Below, one piece after another: positions 53,014 through 64,000 of a stretch of 64,000 bases of DNA. The DNA is taken from positions 44,330,001-44,394,000 of the forward strand of contig OX597820.1 in the NCBI GenBank assembly GCA_951406725.2, given 5' to 3'. The notes under the pieces are model-generated. The model did no database searches, was not told where the DNA came from, and saw only the letters and a program-made list of their open reading frames with translations. The stretch comes from Octopus vulgaris. Lineage: Eukaryota. The number at the start of each line of letters is the position of its first letter. The first letter of the stretch is position 1. The position numbers and the translations under genes are program-made.

Positions 53014-53269
53014 ATGACTAAAGGAGGTCCTATATGCAAAGCCTAAAATGTAATAGCTACCACTGAAAGAGAAGATGTGAACAAGAATCGTAGGGAAATA
53101 TATTTATCTTGAGATCAAAGTTTATTGTCAAAGACAAACATAATTATCATTATATATTGATTGGTGAATTAAATTTTCTTCATGTATGTGTGCTGTATGT
53201 ATGTGTTGAGTGTCTGTGTGTATTTATATGTATAAGAGAATGGTTGTCTGTGTGTGTATGTGACTGGGT

Positions 53270-54825
53270 GTGTGTGCGTGTGTATGTCTGGGTGAGTTCT
53301 TTAGGTGTATGACATGTGTGTGCATGGTTATGTGTATTCAGATGTGTGAGTCTGCGTTTAATTATGTGTGCGTGTGTCTCGGTGTATGTGTGTGTCTGAA
53401 CATGTTTGTGTGTCTAGATGTGCATGTAGTGCATGTATTGTGTGTGTGTGTGTGTATCTGGATATGTGTGTGGCAGTAAGAGAAAGTATTTTCTGTATGT
53501 TTGTGTGTCTAGATGTATGTATTTGTGTGCGCGTAATTGCGAAAGAGTATGAAGTGTTTATGGATGTGTGCGTGTGACTGATACAGTGTGGACGCGCGTA
53601 TGTGTGTACGTATGTATGAGTGACTGAGAGAGAGAGTGTGTGAGTGAGTGTGTTTTAAGGTTGTCGCCGTCGGATTTGTAGTTTAACGTTCTGACGCTCT
53701 TCTAAATTAAATGTAGTTATCCCTCGATTTATACGGTACACTGGTTCCACAAATCATTGTGCATATTGAAATCGCGTAAAACGACGGAGTTAAGTTTTGA
53801 ACATAGCGGCAGACGAAATACCTATTTTCTTTACTACCTTCAAAGTTTATTGCTAAACACAGAGGGGACAAACAAGGACAGACACGCGGATTAAGCCGAT
53901 TACATCAACCCCAATGCGTAACTGGTACTTATTTAATCGACCCCGAAAGGATGAAAGGCAAAGTCGACCTCGGCGGAATTTGAACTCAGAACGTAACGGC
54001 AGACGAAATACCTATTTCTTTATTACCCACTGGGGTGCTGCGTGTGTATGTCTGGGTGAGTTCTTTAGGTGTATGACATGTGTGTGCACAATGTGTATTC
54101 AGATGTGTGAGTCTGCGTTTAATAGGTGCGTGTGTCTAATGTGTGTGTCTGAACATGTTTGTGTGTCTAGATGTGCAGACGAAATACCTATTTCTTTATT
54201 ACCCACAAGGGGCTAAACACAGAGGGGACAAACAAGGACAGACACGCGGATTAAGCCGATTACTCGACCCCAATGCGTAACTGTATTATTTAATCGACCC
54301 CGAAAGGATGAAAGGCAAAGTCGTTTATGGATGTGTGCGTATGACTGATACAGTGTGTACGCGCGTATGTGTGTACGTATGTATGAGTGACTGAGAGAGA
54401 GAGAGTGTGTGAGTGAGTGTGTTTTAAGGTTGTCGCCGTCGGATTTGTAGTTTAACGTTCTGACGCTCTTCTAAATTAAATGTAGTTATCCCTCGATTTA
54501 TACGGTACACTGGTTCCACAAATCATTGTGCATATTGAAATCGCGTAAAACGACGGAGTTACGTTTTGAACATAGCGGCAGACGAAATACCTATTTCTTT
54601 ACTACCTTCAAGGAGCTAAACACAGAGGGGACAAACAAGGACAGACACGCGGATTAAGCCGATTACTCGACCCCAATGCGTAACTGGTACTTATTTAATC
54701 GACCCCGAAAGGATGAAAGGCAAAGTCGACCTCGGCGGAATTTGAACTCAGAACGTAACGGCAGACGAAATACCGCTAAGCATTTCGCCCGGCGTGCTTA
54801 ACGATTCGGCAAGTTCGTCGCCGTC
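53270..54825. repeat. ~770-bp tandem duplication interleaved with minus-strand SINE-B tail-2 units
   Basis: 53557-54010 recurs at 54322-54775, and 53275-53425 recurs at 54038-54176. Confidence 0.85.
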
Positions 54826-55069
54826 GCTGACTTAATATATTGTCTTTCCAGAGGAATCTACTTCTTTGACATTTGAGACTCTATTATACAATCTTGTAAA
54901 TATTTAACAAAATATTTTCTTAAACCTAATTCTTACTGCTAACGCCAGCATTTCTTTAGAGTGTGGTTTGCCTAATCGTCGAAGAAATGAAATGAAAACA
55001 AAATTAAAGGAAAACAAAATAAAATGTAAGATGGAAACAAAACGGTGTTTCTCTATACGTTTGTTTTAT

Positions 55070-55361
55070 TTCTTTGAGTTAATTTGGTCATTGGACTGCG
55101 GCCATGCTGGGGCATCATCTTCAATGGTTTAAGTTGAATAAATCGATCCCAGTGTTTTTTTTTTTTTTTTGTTTTTGTTTTTTTGTTTTTTCAATACTGT
55201 ACTTATTCTGTCGTTTTCTTTTGCCGAACGTCTAGATTACGGGAATGCAAACAAACCAACACTAGTGCATGCACGTAGACACATACATATACATATATAT
55301 ACACACACACGTGTCTATATATGTATATTCACACACACACACACACACACACACAACACAT

Positions 55362-55394
<33 letters not shown>

Positions 55395-55996
55395 GATATA
55401 TATATATATATATAATTAATAAGGGTGAGAGAATAGTATATTTATTCCACACCAAGTGGCCTAGTGCTACGAGAAACCTGGATTATTATAATTTATAATA
55501 ATCCAGGTTTCTCGTAGCACTAGGCCACTTGGTGTGGAATAAATATACTATTAAATTAGTATCTAATTCTCTCACCCTTATTAATTAATTATAATTATGC
55601 TGCATTTATTTCTAAATGCTGTATTTGTTTTCCGTGAGAGTTTGGCGCGCTGTTGGTTGGGGCATTTGAATTATAACGTCGGATGTAATCAATTGAACCA
55701 CACGCGTATTTATCGTTATGGTAAAATCTGGCGTGTGATTGAGTGGATTTCATCCAGATAGTCTTGGCTGACGAGCTACAAATGGATTTTTGTAAGTAAT
55801 ATTACATTTAATTCATTAATAGCGAAACAATTGTCCCAAAATAATCTGTATTTTTGTTATTTTTTATTTGCCCTGTCCGTGTGAGCTAACAGTCGTACTG
55901 GCTTTCATGGGAAACATGTATTTTCGTGGTTGAAACCTTTTGGATTAACTGGTGCTAGAGTGAGCAATATAGTGACCACTCTCTTATATTTATTTA

Positions 55997-56054
<58 letters not shown>

Positions 56055-56205
56055 ACGGCTTCTTTTAGTTTCCATCTAACACTTCAAATTCACTTACAAG
56101 GCTTTGGTCGGGCGCCCGAGGCTGTAGTAGAAGACAACTGCCCGAGGCGCCACGCTGTGGGACTGAACCTGGAACCAAATTTGTTACCATTCAGCCATAC
56201 CTGCT
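55070..56205 (-). mobile_element. SINE-A split by inserted sequence including a palindrome
   Basis: 3' half at 55070-55265 and 5' half at 56054-56205. Confidence 0.65.
55411..55592. repeat. Near-perfect palindrome with ~60-bp identical inner arms and almost no spacer
   Basis: aatagtatatttattccacaccaagtggcctagtgctacgagaaacctggattattataa-t-ttataataatccaggtttctcgtagcactaggccacttggtgtggaataaatatactatt. Confidence 0.95.
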
Positions 56206-57524
56206 GCTTTGGGAAAAAATATCAACTAAAAATATCAACTAAAACTATGAAGTGAAACCGTACAAACCGAGTATCGCATAAATCGAGGTTCAACTGCACA
56301 TTTCTTCCTAAGATTCGTGTTAAATTTCTTTCTGATAACTGTTAAACTTATTTTCGAACTTTTCTTAATTTTATGGTAAACAGTCATAGCAAAACCTTGT
56401 ATGTGGTTTCCTTCGAATTGGAGAATTTCTCATGATTCCCTTGTGTCAATTGTGCTATCGGTACAATGGGAAAATCAGTAGGAAAAGGCAGGATTAAAGT
56501 CACATACTGGTTGGAAATTAAGAGCAATTGGCACCATTCTTAGAAAATAATTTAACACTTTTTCTTCGTTGTACAACTACATTCTACTTCATGATCACGT
56601 GTTTGATAAACTAATCTAAGAATTGAAAGGATATACAACTTTTTAGATTAAACCGAGCGAGCACAACTGTATTGAACAGCATTAAACCAATTTAGTGCCG
56701 AGTTGGAATCAGAGTATAATTCACAGTAGCGATGGTTACGTGGACTGGAATGAACGACAAGACAAGGTTTTAACAGAACAGAACATAGATTAGTTATTGA
56801 ACTGTTCGAATAATAACGGATTGGAAGAGTTCTGTATATACAAGAGATCTTACTTGTTAAGTTGGAATATAGCTTGAATAGATGTGAAACTTAAAACGCT
56901 TTCTTAGCTTCCGTGTGGAATTAATATATTTGAAGAGAATTGCAACTTGGACTTTTGTGAGTTTACAGTTACGTCGAATTGTACGGCTGATGTAATGCAA
57001 GGAAAAGCCGCCTGGGAACTATGGCAAAGAAATAGTGAGATCAAGCTATATTTGATCTATGATATATTATAGAATAAAGCTACAGATTTGAGCTAGCACC
57101 ACATATGAAAATTAATTAAATCTAATTAAATACGCTGGGGAGTCGTAAGCTATTGCGATTTTGTTTGGGTTTTTTTATTTACTTATTTATTTTGTTTAAT
57201 CAATCCTGGCGTGAACGGAAAAAAGATCTAATTAATTAGTTTCAATCGGTATTGTGATTTCTTCCGTAGTTAACTATTCTCCCCTATCTTTCTGTGGCAC
57301 CATTTATAACCACTATCATTTGTGACTTCATTAATTTATTACTATACAACACAAGTTTTTTTGTCAGTGAACAGATCGCAGTTTCGAGCAACAAAAATGA
57401 ACGTTCAAATGAACTTAAGGGGTTTTGTTTCTGAATGGTTAATTTGTATCTTCATGTGGCAATCGCTTTTCTTTCAGGACACGATCTCAGATCAAAGCAC
57501 ATGCTATGCAAGTACATCTGCGTG

Positions 57525-57800
57525 AAGGCGGCGAGCTGGCAGAAACGTTAGCACGCCGGGCGAAATGCCCAGCGGTATTTCGTCGGCCGGTACGTTCTGG
57601 GTTCAAATTCCACCGAGGTCGACTTTGCCTTTCATCCTTTCGGGGTCGATTAAATAAGTACTAATTACGCACTGGGGTCGATATAATCGACTTAATCCGT
57701 TTGTCTGTCCTTGTTTGTCCCCTCTGTGTTTAGCCCCTTGAGAGTAGTAAAGAAATAGGTATTTCGTCTGCCGTTACGTTCAGAGTTCAAATTCCGCCGA
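57525..57800 (+). mobile_element. SINE-B tail 2 with internal restart
   Basis: ..aaagaaata|ggtatttcgtctgccgttacgttcagagttc at ~57757. Confidence 0.9.
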
Positions 57801-58436
57801 TTCCAAAACGCTAGCAGGAATCTCCTAAAATACAAGTATGGCGCGAAAATTATTTCTGTTCTGGAGTTAAGTATGGCCCCCACAATGGCAGGCCTAACAG
57901 CCCCTATAGTAGCAGCAGTAACAGATCCAGCGCCAGCATCAGCTATAACAGCAACAACACTAATGGCAGCGGCCCTAGCAGAAGCGCCGGAATAAATACA
58001 TAAATAGCTCCTTCTTTAGCTTCTATACACAAGATGTCCTTTATACCCATGTCTGTTCTGCTCTGATTGAGAAGACATGTGATCGAAAGTTTTGCAGCCG
58101 TGAACATCTCGTCTATCATTTAAGCCTAGATTATACAACCTGTCCTTCGATCTTCGAGTTATAGAAAATTTGGCTGCTATTTCTAGTAGGTCGAGGAGCC
58201 GCATTGTTGCTTCTAGGTCGTTTGGTGTCGCATGATGTTATTTTTTTAGCCCCGGGTAAACTCTGGTCGAACAGATTTATGATCAAAGCTTCCTGGCCAT
58301 GATCGTTCTTTCTGTTTTTTCTAGAATACATTATTCAACGAAAATATTAATCAACATATACCCTTGTTAAACGAATATAAACAGTAAAAAACACAAACTT
58401 CCAATTGCGCCCTTTCTCTTCAAAATGACATAAGGA

Positions 58437-58742
58437 ACATCATCATCATCATCATCATCATCATCATTTAGCGTCCGTTTTCCATGCTAGCATGGGTTGG
58501 ACGGTTTAACTGGGGTCTGTGAAGCCGGAAGGCTTCATCAGGCCCCGTCAGATTTGGCAGTGTTTCTACGGCTGGATGCCCTTCCTAACGCCAACCACTC
58601 CGTGAGTGTAGTGGGTGTTTTTTACGTGCCACCTGCACAGGTGCCAGACAGAGCTGGCAAACGGCCACGAACGGATGGTGTTTTTACGTGCCACCGGCAC
58701 GGGGGCCAGGCGAGGCTGGCAACGGACACGAACGGATGGTGC
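58437..58742 (-). mobile_element. Retroposon 3' part with an (ATG)n tail (RTE-associated SINE-like)
   Basis: Reverse complement ..ggcgttaggaagggcatccagccgtagaaac..ccaacccatgctagcatggaaaacggacgctaa(atg)n, with an internal ~60-bp repeat. Confidence 0.6.
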
Positions 58743-59312
58743 TTTATGTTATATATATTTCTTTACTACCCACAAGGGGCTATACATAGAGGGGACAAAC
58801 AAGGACAGACAAACGGATTAAGTCGATTACATCTACCCAGTGCGAAACTGGTACTTTATTTATCGAATTAATGTTATATAGATCTCCCATATATTGAAAC
58901 CGGTTCGCAAAATATGATTTTCGTTTTGCAGAACTTCTTTTAGTTACAACACTCACTAAAATTTTGTTCAGTAAAACTTATTTTATACGAAAACTTTTTT
59001 TCTATACGAACTTTTCAGTAACATATGAGTTTCTTTTTCTCCCGCCCTCTTTTTCTTTCTCTCCCTCTCTCTCCTCTCTCATTCTCTCTCCCTTTGTCCC
59101 TCTATATCTATCTTTCTTTTTGTGCGTGTGTGTGTTTAAAACCCACCTTGTAAAAACATACACTAAATAAGTTTTACAATAAAACTGTGCTATGAAAACA
59201 TTTGTTGTGTGAAAATTTTGCATCTCTAGCTTCATGTACATATGTAGCTATATAACAGAAATATTTACTTTCTGTGTTAAAAAATAAAACTGAAGTTATT
59301 CAAGTAAATATA

Positions 59313-59355
<43 letters not shown>

Positions 59356-59445
59356 ATAAAAATTTAGTGCATTTTCAACCCTTATTATTTTCCCCATAGA
59401 TATATGTGGATGTATATATGCATCTATATGTATGCATGCATGCAT

Positions 59446-59514
<69 letters not shown>

Positions 59515-59823
59515 TATTTTTATATCAGGTCATATATAAAAACAACTTAACATTCTACTGAAGTATTACTCAATACTTTTTAGTAGAGTCCATATATGTT
59601 AAACTTTTACGAGGTACAGGTGGACACTGACTTCAAAGTTCCAGCTTTAGGATCTAAAGATTTCAGTCACCACTGCATGTATAAATTAAACATGTATATA
59701 CTGGCTGGATGGCCATAAACAAGCAAACAACGGTAATTTATATATGTATTCTTATGCATATATATTTGTGTGTGTGTTAAGACACATGTATGTGCGTGGT
59801 GCGTGTATTTCTGTAAAAAAATA

Positions 59824-59877
<54 letters not shown>

Positions 59878-59881
<4 letters not shown>

Positions 59882-60278
59882 CGTAGGAGTGGATGTGTGG
59901 TAAGTAGCTTGCATACGAACCACACGGTTTCAGGTTCAGTCCCACTGCGTGGCACCTTGGGCACGTGCCTCCTACTATAACCTCGGGCCGACCAAAGCCC
60001 TGTGAGTGGATTTGGTAGACGGAAACTGAAAGAAGCCCGTCGTATATATGTATGTGTATGTATATGTTTGTGTGTCTGTGTTTGCCCCCCCCCCCCCCCA
60101 TCATCGCTTGACAACCGATGCTGGTGTGTTTACGTCCCTGTAACTTAGCTGTTCGGCAAAAGAGACCGATAGAATAAGTACTAGGCTTACATAGAATAAG
60201 TCTCAGGGTCGATTTGTTCGACTAAGGGCGGTGCTCCAGCATGGCCACAGTCACATGACTGAAACAAGTAAAAGAGTA
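59878..60278 (+). mobile_element. SINE-A, full length
   Basis: From aggcgtaggagtggatgtgtggtaag to gactgaaacaagtaaaagag. Confidence 0.9.
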
Positions 60279-60284
60279 TACATA

Positions 60285-60572
60285 TGAAGGCGCGTGGCTT
60301 AATGGTAAAGGTATTGGGCTGGCTAAATGGTTAAGGTGTTGGGCTCATGATCATAAGATTGTGGTTTCGATTCTTGGACCGGGCAACGTGTTGTGTTCTT
60401 GAGCGAAACACTTCATTTTCAGTTAATTCAGTTCGCTCAGCAGGCAAAAATTAGTAATTCTGTGAAAGACCGGCGCCCCGTCCAGGTGGAGAATTTGTAC
60501 GCCATCGAAACCGGGAATCCGGCCATTATGAGTCTGTATGACTCGAGGAAAAAACTTTACTACTTTTACTAC
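60285..60572 (+). mobile_element. tRNA-headed SINE with a duplicated A-box segment
   Basis: ggcgcgtggcttaatggtaaagg..ggctaaatggttaagg..ggtttcgattc..gtgttcttgagcgaaacactt, tail actttactactttt. Confidence 0.65.
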
Positions 60573-61192
60573 ATGTAGATAAATATATAATGTATATGTA
60601 TGTGAGCGCGCACGTGTGTTTGAATCATCTACCACAAACACCTACACATTCCAAACGAGCCTTTCTAACACCACGTCATAGAACGGCATATATTTAAATA
60701 TTGTAAGGCGGTGAGCTGGCAGAATCGTTAGTACACCAGGTGAAAGGCTTATATTAAAGACATGGCAATGTTCGAGTTTAAGCTTTTTTAAATAAGGATT
60801 TTTCCCCTAGAAATTCTTCGGAGAACCAACAAAATTGGTAGGGAATCTTTTTATCGATATCTCAATCAAAGTTAATGCGGCGAGGTGACAAAATATTTAA
60901 AGGCATATCGTCCATCTTTACGTTCTGAGCTCTAATCCCGCCGAGATCAATTTTCCCCTTCATCCTTTCAGGGTCGGTAAAATAAGTATGGTTTGAACAT
61001 GAAATCGATGTAATCTATTTACTCCTCCCCTAGAATTGCTGGCCTAGTGCCAACATTTTGAAGCCATATATTTGGATATTCTTTCTTATTCCAACATTTC
61101 AACTTACATGCCATATAGAATGTCACGAATGTAACCCCGAGCGGCAAACCCTTAGCCACACTGCCCTTCTGAATATAAAATATATAGATATA

Positions 61193-61585
61193 TAGGCGCA
61201 GGAGTGGCTGTGTGTTAAGTAGCTTGCTTACCAACCGCATGGTTCCGGGTTCAGTCCACTGCGTAGCATCTTTGGCAAATGTCTTCTACTATAGCCTCGG
61301 GCCGACCAAAGCCTTGTGAGTGGATTTGGTAGACGGAAACTGAAAGAAGCCCGTCGTATATATGTGTGTGTTTGTGTGCGTGTCTGTTTTTGTCCACCTA
61401 GCATTGCTTGACAGCCGATGCTGGTGTGTTTATGTCCCCGTCACTTAGCGATTCGGCAAAAGAGACTGATAGAATAAGTACTAGGCTTACAAAGAATAAG
61501 TCCCGGGGGTCGATTTGCTCGACTAAAGGCGGTGCTCCAGCATGGCCGCAGTCAAATGGCTGAAACAAGTAAAAGAGTAAAAGAG
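61193..61585 (+). mobile_element. SINE-A, full length
   Basis: Near-consensus copy. Confidence 0.9.
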
Positions 61586-61704
61586 ATTACGTTGTGGACA
61601 AAAGAAGAGGAGATCTAAATATCGTAATGCAACAGAAGTTATCAAAGAATGTTCTTTGGTATATGAGGCAGGGTTCATTATCCACGATTATGCTTCCAGT
61701 TGAG

Positions 61705-62097
61705 ATACTAGTTTCAAATTTTAGCACAAGGCAAATAATTTTAGCGGAGGGAGTAAGTCAATAACATCGACCTCGATACTCGACTGGTACTTATTTTATC
61801 GACCCCGAAAGGATGAAAAGCAAAGTCGCTATCGGTGGAATTTGAACTCAGCGTGCTAACGATTCTGCCGCCCGCTTCACCGCATTAATTTCGATTGAGA
61901 TATTAATTTAAAATTTTGGCACAACGCCAGCAATTTCTGGGAAAGGGAGTAAGTCGATTACATCGACCCCCAGTGCTCAAATGATACTTATTTCATCGAC
62001 CCCGAAAAAATGAAAGGGAAATTCGGCCTCGACAGAAACTGAACTCAGAACGTAAAGACGGGTGAAATGCCGTTAAACAATTTGCCTTCTCGCCATC
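61705..62097 (-). mobile_element. Two tandem SINE-B tail-1 copies
   Basis: Family match at 61705-61885 and 61905-62097. Confidence 0.8.
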
Positions 62098-62741
62098 TTA
62101 ATTTCGATTGAGGAATCGATAAAAAGTTTCCCTACATATAGAAACATTACCAATTTTGGCGGTTCACAGTAGAATTTCAAGGGTAAAAATCCTTTATAAA
62201 AAAGATTAAACCCAAACATTGTCATGTCTTTAAAATAAATGTGTATAAAAGGAAAGCGCTTTCTTATTTAGATATACACATATTTACACAAACGCACACA
62301 TACATGCATACATACACTTAAACATGTGTGCATACGTGTGTGTACGTATGTGTGTGCTCGTGTATGTATGTGTGTGTGTGCGCGTGTATGTATGTGCGAA
62401 TGTTCATGTGTGTGTGTGTATGTGTGTGTGTGAGTGAGTGTGTGTGAGTGTGTGTATAAAGGTTCATTCCATGAGTAAGCACAGTTCAGTTGATCGAATT
62501 ACTCATCATTAAAGCCGACGGGGATCCATTTTTACCGTATGTTTCCACATACATACTTACATACATGCATATATATATATATATATACTTATATACATAC
62601 GTATATATATATATATATATATATATACATACGTATGTACGTACATACATACATAAATACATATACACACATACATAAATACCTACATACATATACATAC
62701 TTACATATATATATATATATATATATATGTTTGTATGTTTG

Positions 62742-62798
<57 letters not shown>

Positions 62799-63526
62799 AT
62801 ACATATATACATATAAATACATACATGCATACATACACGTGTGCATTGCGTGCGCATGCGCGCGCGCGTGTGTGTGTGCCATTTTATTAGTTATATTGCT
62901 GTTGTTGTTGCTTCTGTTTTTGTCATTGCCACCGTTGCTATCACAGCCATTTCTGTCGCCATCGTAACTGCTGGTTACTGCTGCTGCTGTGCTGGCTGTT
63001 ACTGCTGCTACTGCTGCTGCTGCTGCCGTTGCTGCTGTTACTGCAGCTGAGTGTCGTCGTCACTAATACAGTTGACGGTGGTGGCGCTGCTGCTGCTTGT
63101 GTTGCTGCTGCTGCTGCTGTTATTCCATCAATCTGTAGTTCATTTAAAAGCTAGTCAACATTCTTACAAAGACCTGTTCCAGACCTAGCATGGTTCCTGA
63201 GAAATTGAAAGACTCACCTTTGACTCGCCAGCCTCAAATATCTACTGCCACAGGCTTGACTCCACCCACCCGTCCACCACTTTGCCTCTCCCTTTCTCTC
63301 TCTCTCTCTCTTTCTCTCCCTCTCCCCCCTCTCTCTCTCTCTCTCTCTCTCTCCCGATCTCTCCTTCCTTCGTTGGAGCGAGCTCATTTCTGTATACCTC
63401 CGGCTATAAGGGCCCGAAAGGGAATGGTGTGTTTGTGAAGGACATGCGCAGAGACAGAGACAGACAGGCAGACAGGCAGTTAGACAGGCAGGAAGGCAGA
63501 CAGACAGGGACGATGCTGGCATTGCC

Positions 63527-64000
63527 GGTGGTGGTAGTGTTGGTGGTGGTGGTGGTGGTGGTGGTGGCGTATTGATAGCGATGTATTCGAGGCGATGGCG
63601 ATGGTGGTATTAGCTATGTAATTGTTGTCGTTTGTGGATAGGGGTAATTCTGCTGATGGCAGTGGTGGTGTTGAAGTGGTGGTGGTGGTGGTGGTTGTGG
63701 TTGTGGTGGTGGTGGTTTTGGTAATGGTGGTGGTGGTGATGGTTTTGGTGATGATGCTGGTGATAATGGTATCGGTAGTGGTTGTGGTGGTGGTGGTGGT
63801 TTTGGTGCTGATGCTGGTGATAATGGTATAGGTGGTGGTTTTGGTGCTGATGCTGGTGATAATGGTATCGGTAGTGGTTGTGGTGGTGGTGGTGGTGGTG
63901 GTTTTGGTAATGGTTGTGGTGGTGATGGTTTTGGTGCTGATGGTGATGGTGATGGTGGTGGTGGTGATGGTTTTGGTGGTGGTGGTGGTGGTGGTGATGG
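63527..64000. repeat. Degenerate (GGT)n tract with a higher-order 39-60-bp repeat
   Basis: ggttttggtg(a/c)tgatgctggtgataatggtat occurs three times between 63741 and 63870. Confidence 0.9.

Noticed and set aside
62895-63125. Ala/Ser/Gln-rich coding exon
   Set aside because: Degenerate (CTG)n tract; the most plausible frame hits a stop and no paired splice sites were found.
63675-64000. Open glycine-rich frame (GFGADAGDNGIGSGCGGG) and Pro/His-rich frames on the minus strand
   Set aside because: Almost every codon ends in T and all Gly codons are GGT, as expected for a decayed (GGT)n repeat. The frame begins after a stop with no start codon.

Overview
AT-rich, microsatellite-dense eukaryotic DNA. 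The SINE repertoire and repeat landscape resemble an octopod cephalopod genome (inference from recalled repeats, not a search). No host protein-coding exon is convincingly supported, so the window is probably intronic or intergenic, and most ORF-track entries are translated (TA)n/(CA)n/(GATA)n/trinucleotide tracts. The window is a mosaic of mobile DNA: two abundant tRNA-headed SINE families (here called SINE-A and SINE-B, about 15 or more copies each), rarer SINEs, two homologous decayed Tx1/L1-type ORF1 (CCHC knuckle) elements, a Tx1-type ORF2 C-terminal fragment, a decayed Penelope-like (PLE) reverse transcriptase, CR1 and RTE fragments, a mariner 5' end, a Tc1/mariner MITE and two non-autonomous Helitron-like elements. 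The most notable signals are: (1) many PLE-type fold-back repeats and minimal hammerhead-ribozyme motifs, including a near-complete hammerhead inside a 370-bp palindrome at 11.3-11.7 kb; (2) an apparently complete, TSD-flanked, ORF1-only retroposon inserted in a SINE head; (3) a 3' tail shared between an ORF1 element and a SINE-B subfamily that repeatedly restarts at the same internal SINE position. Coordinates were read by eye and may be off by several bases.
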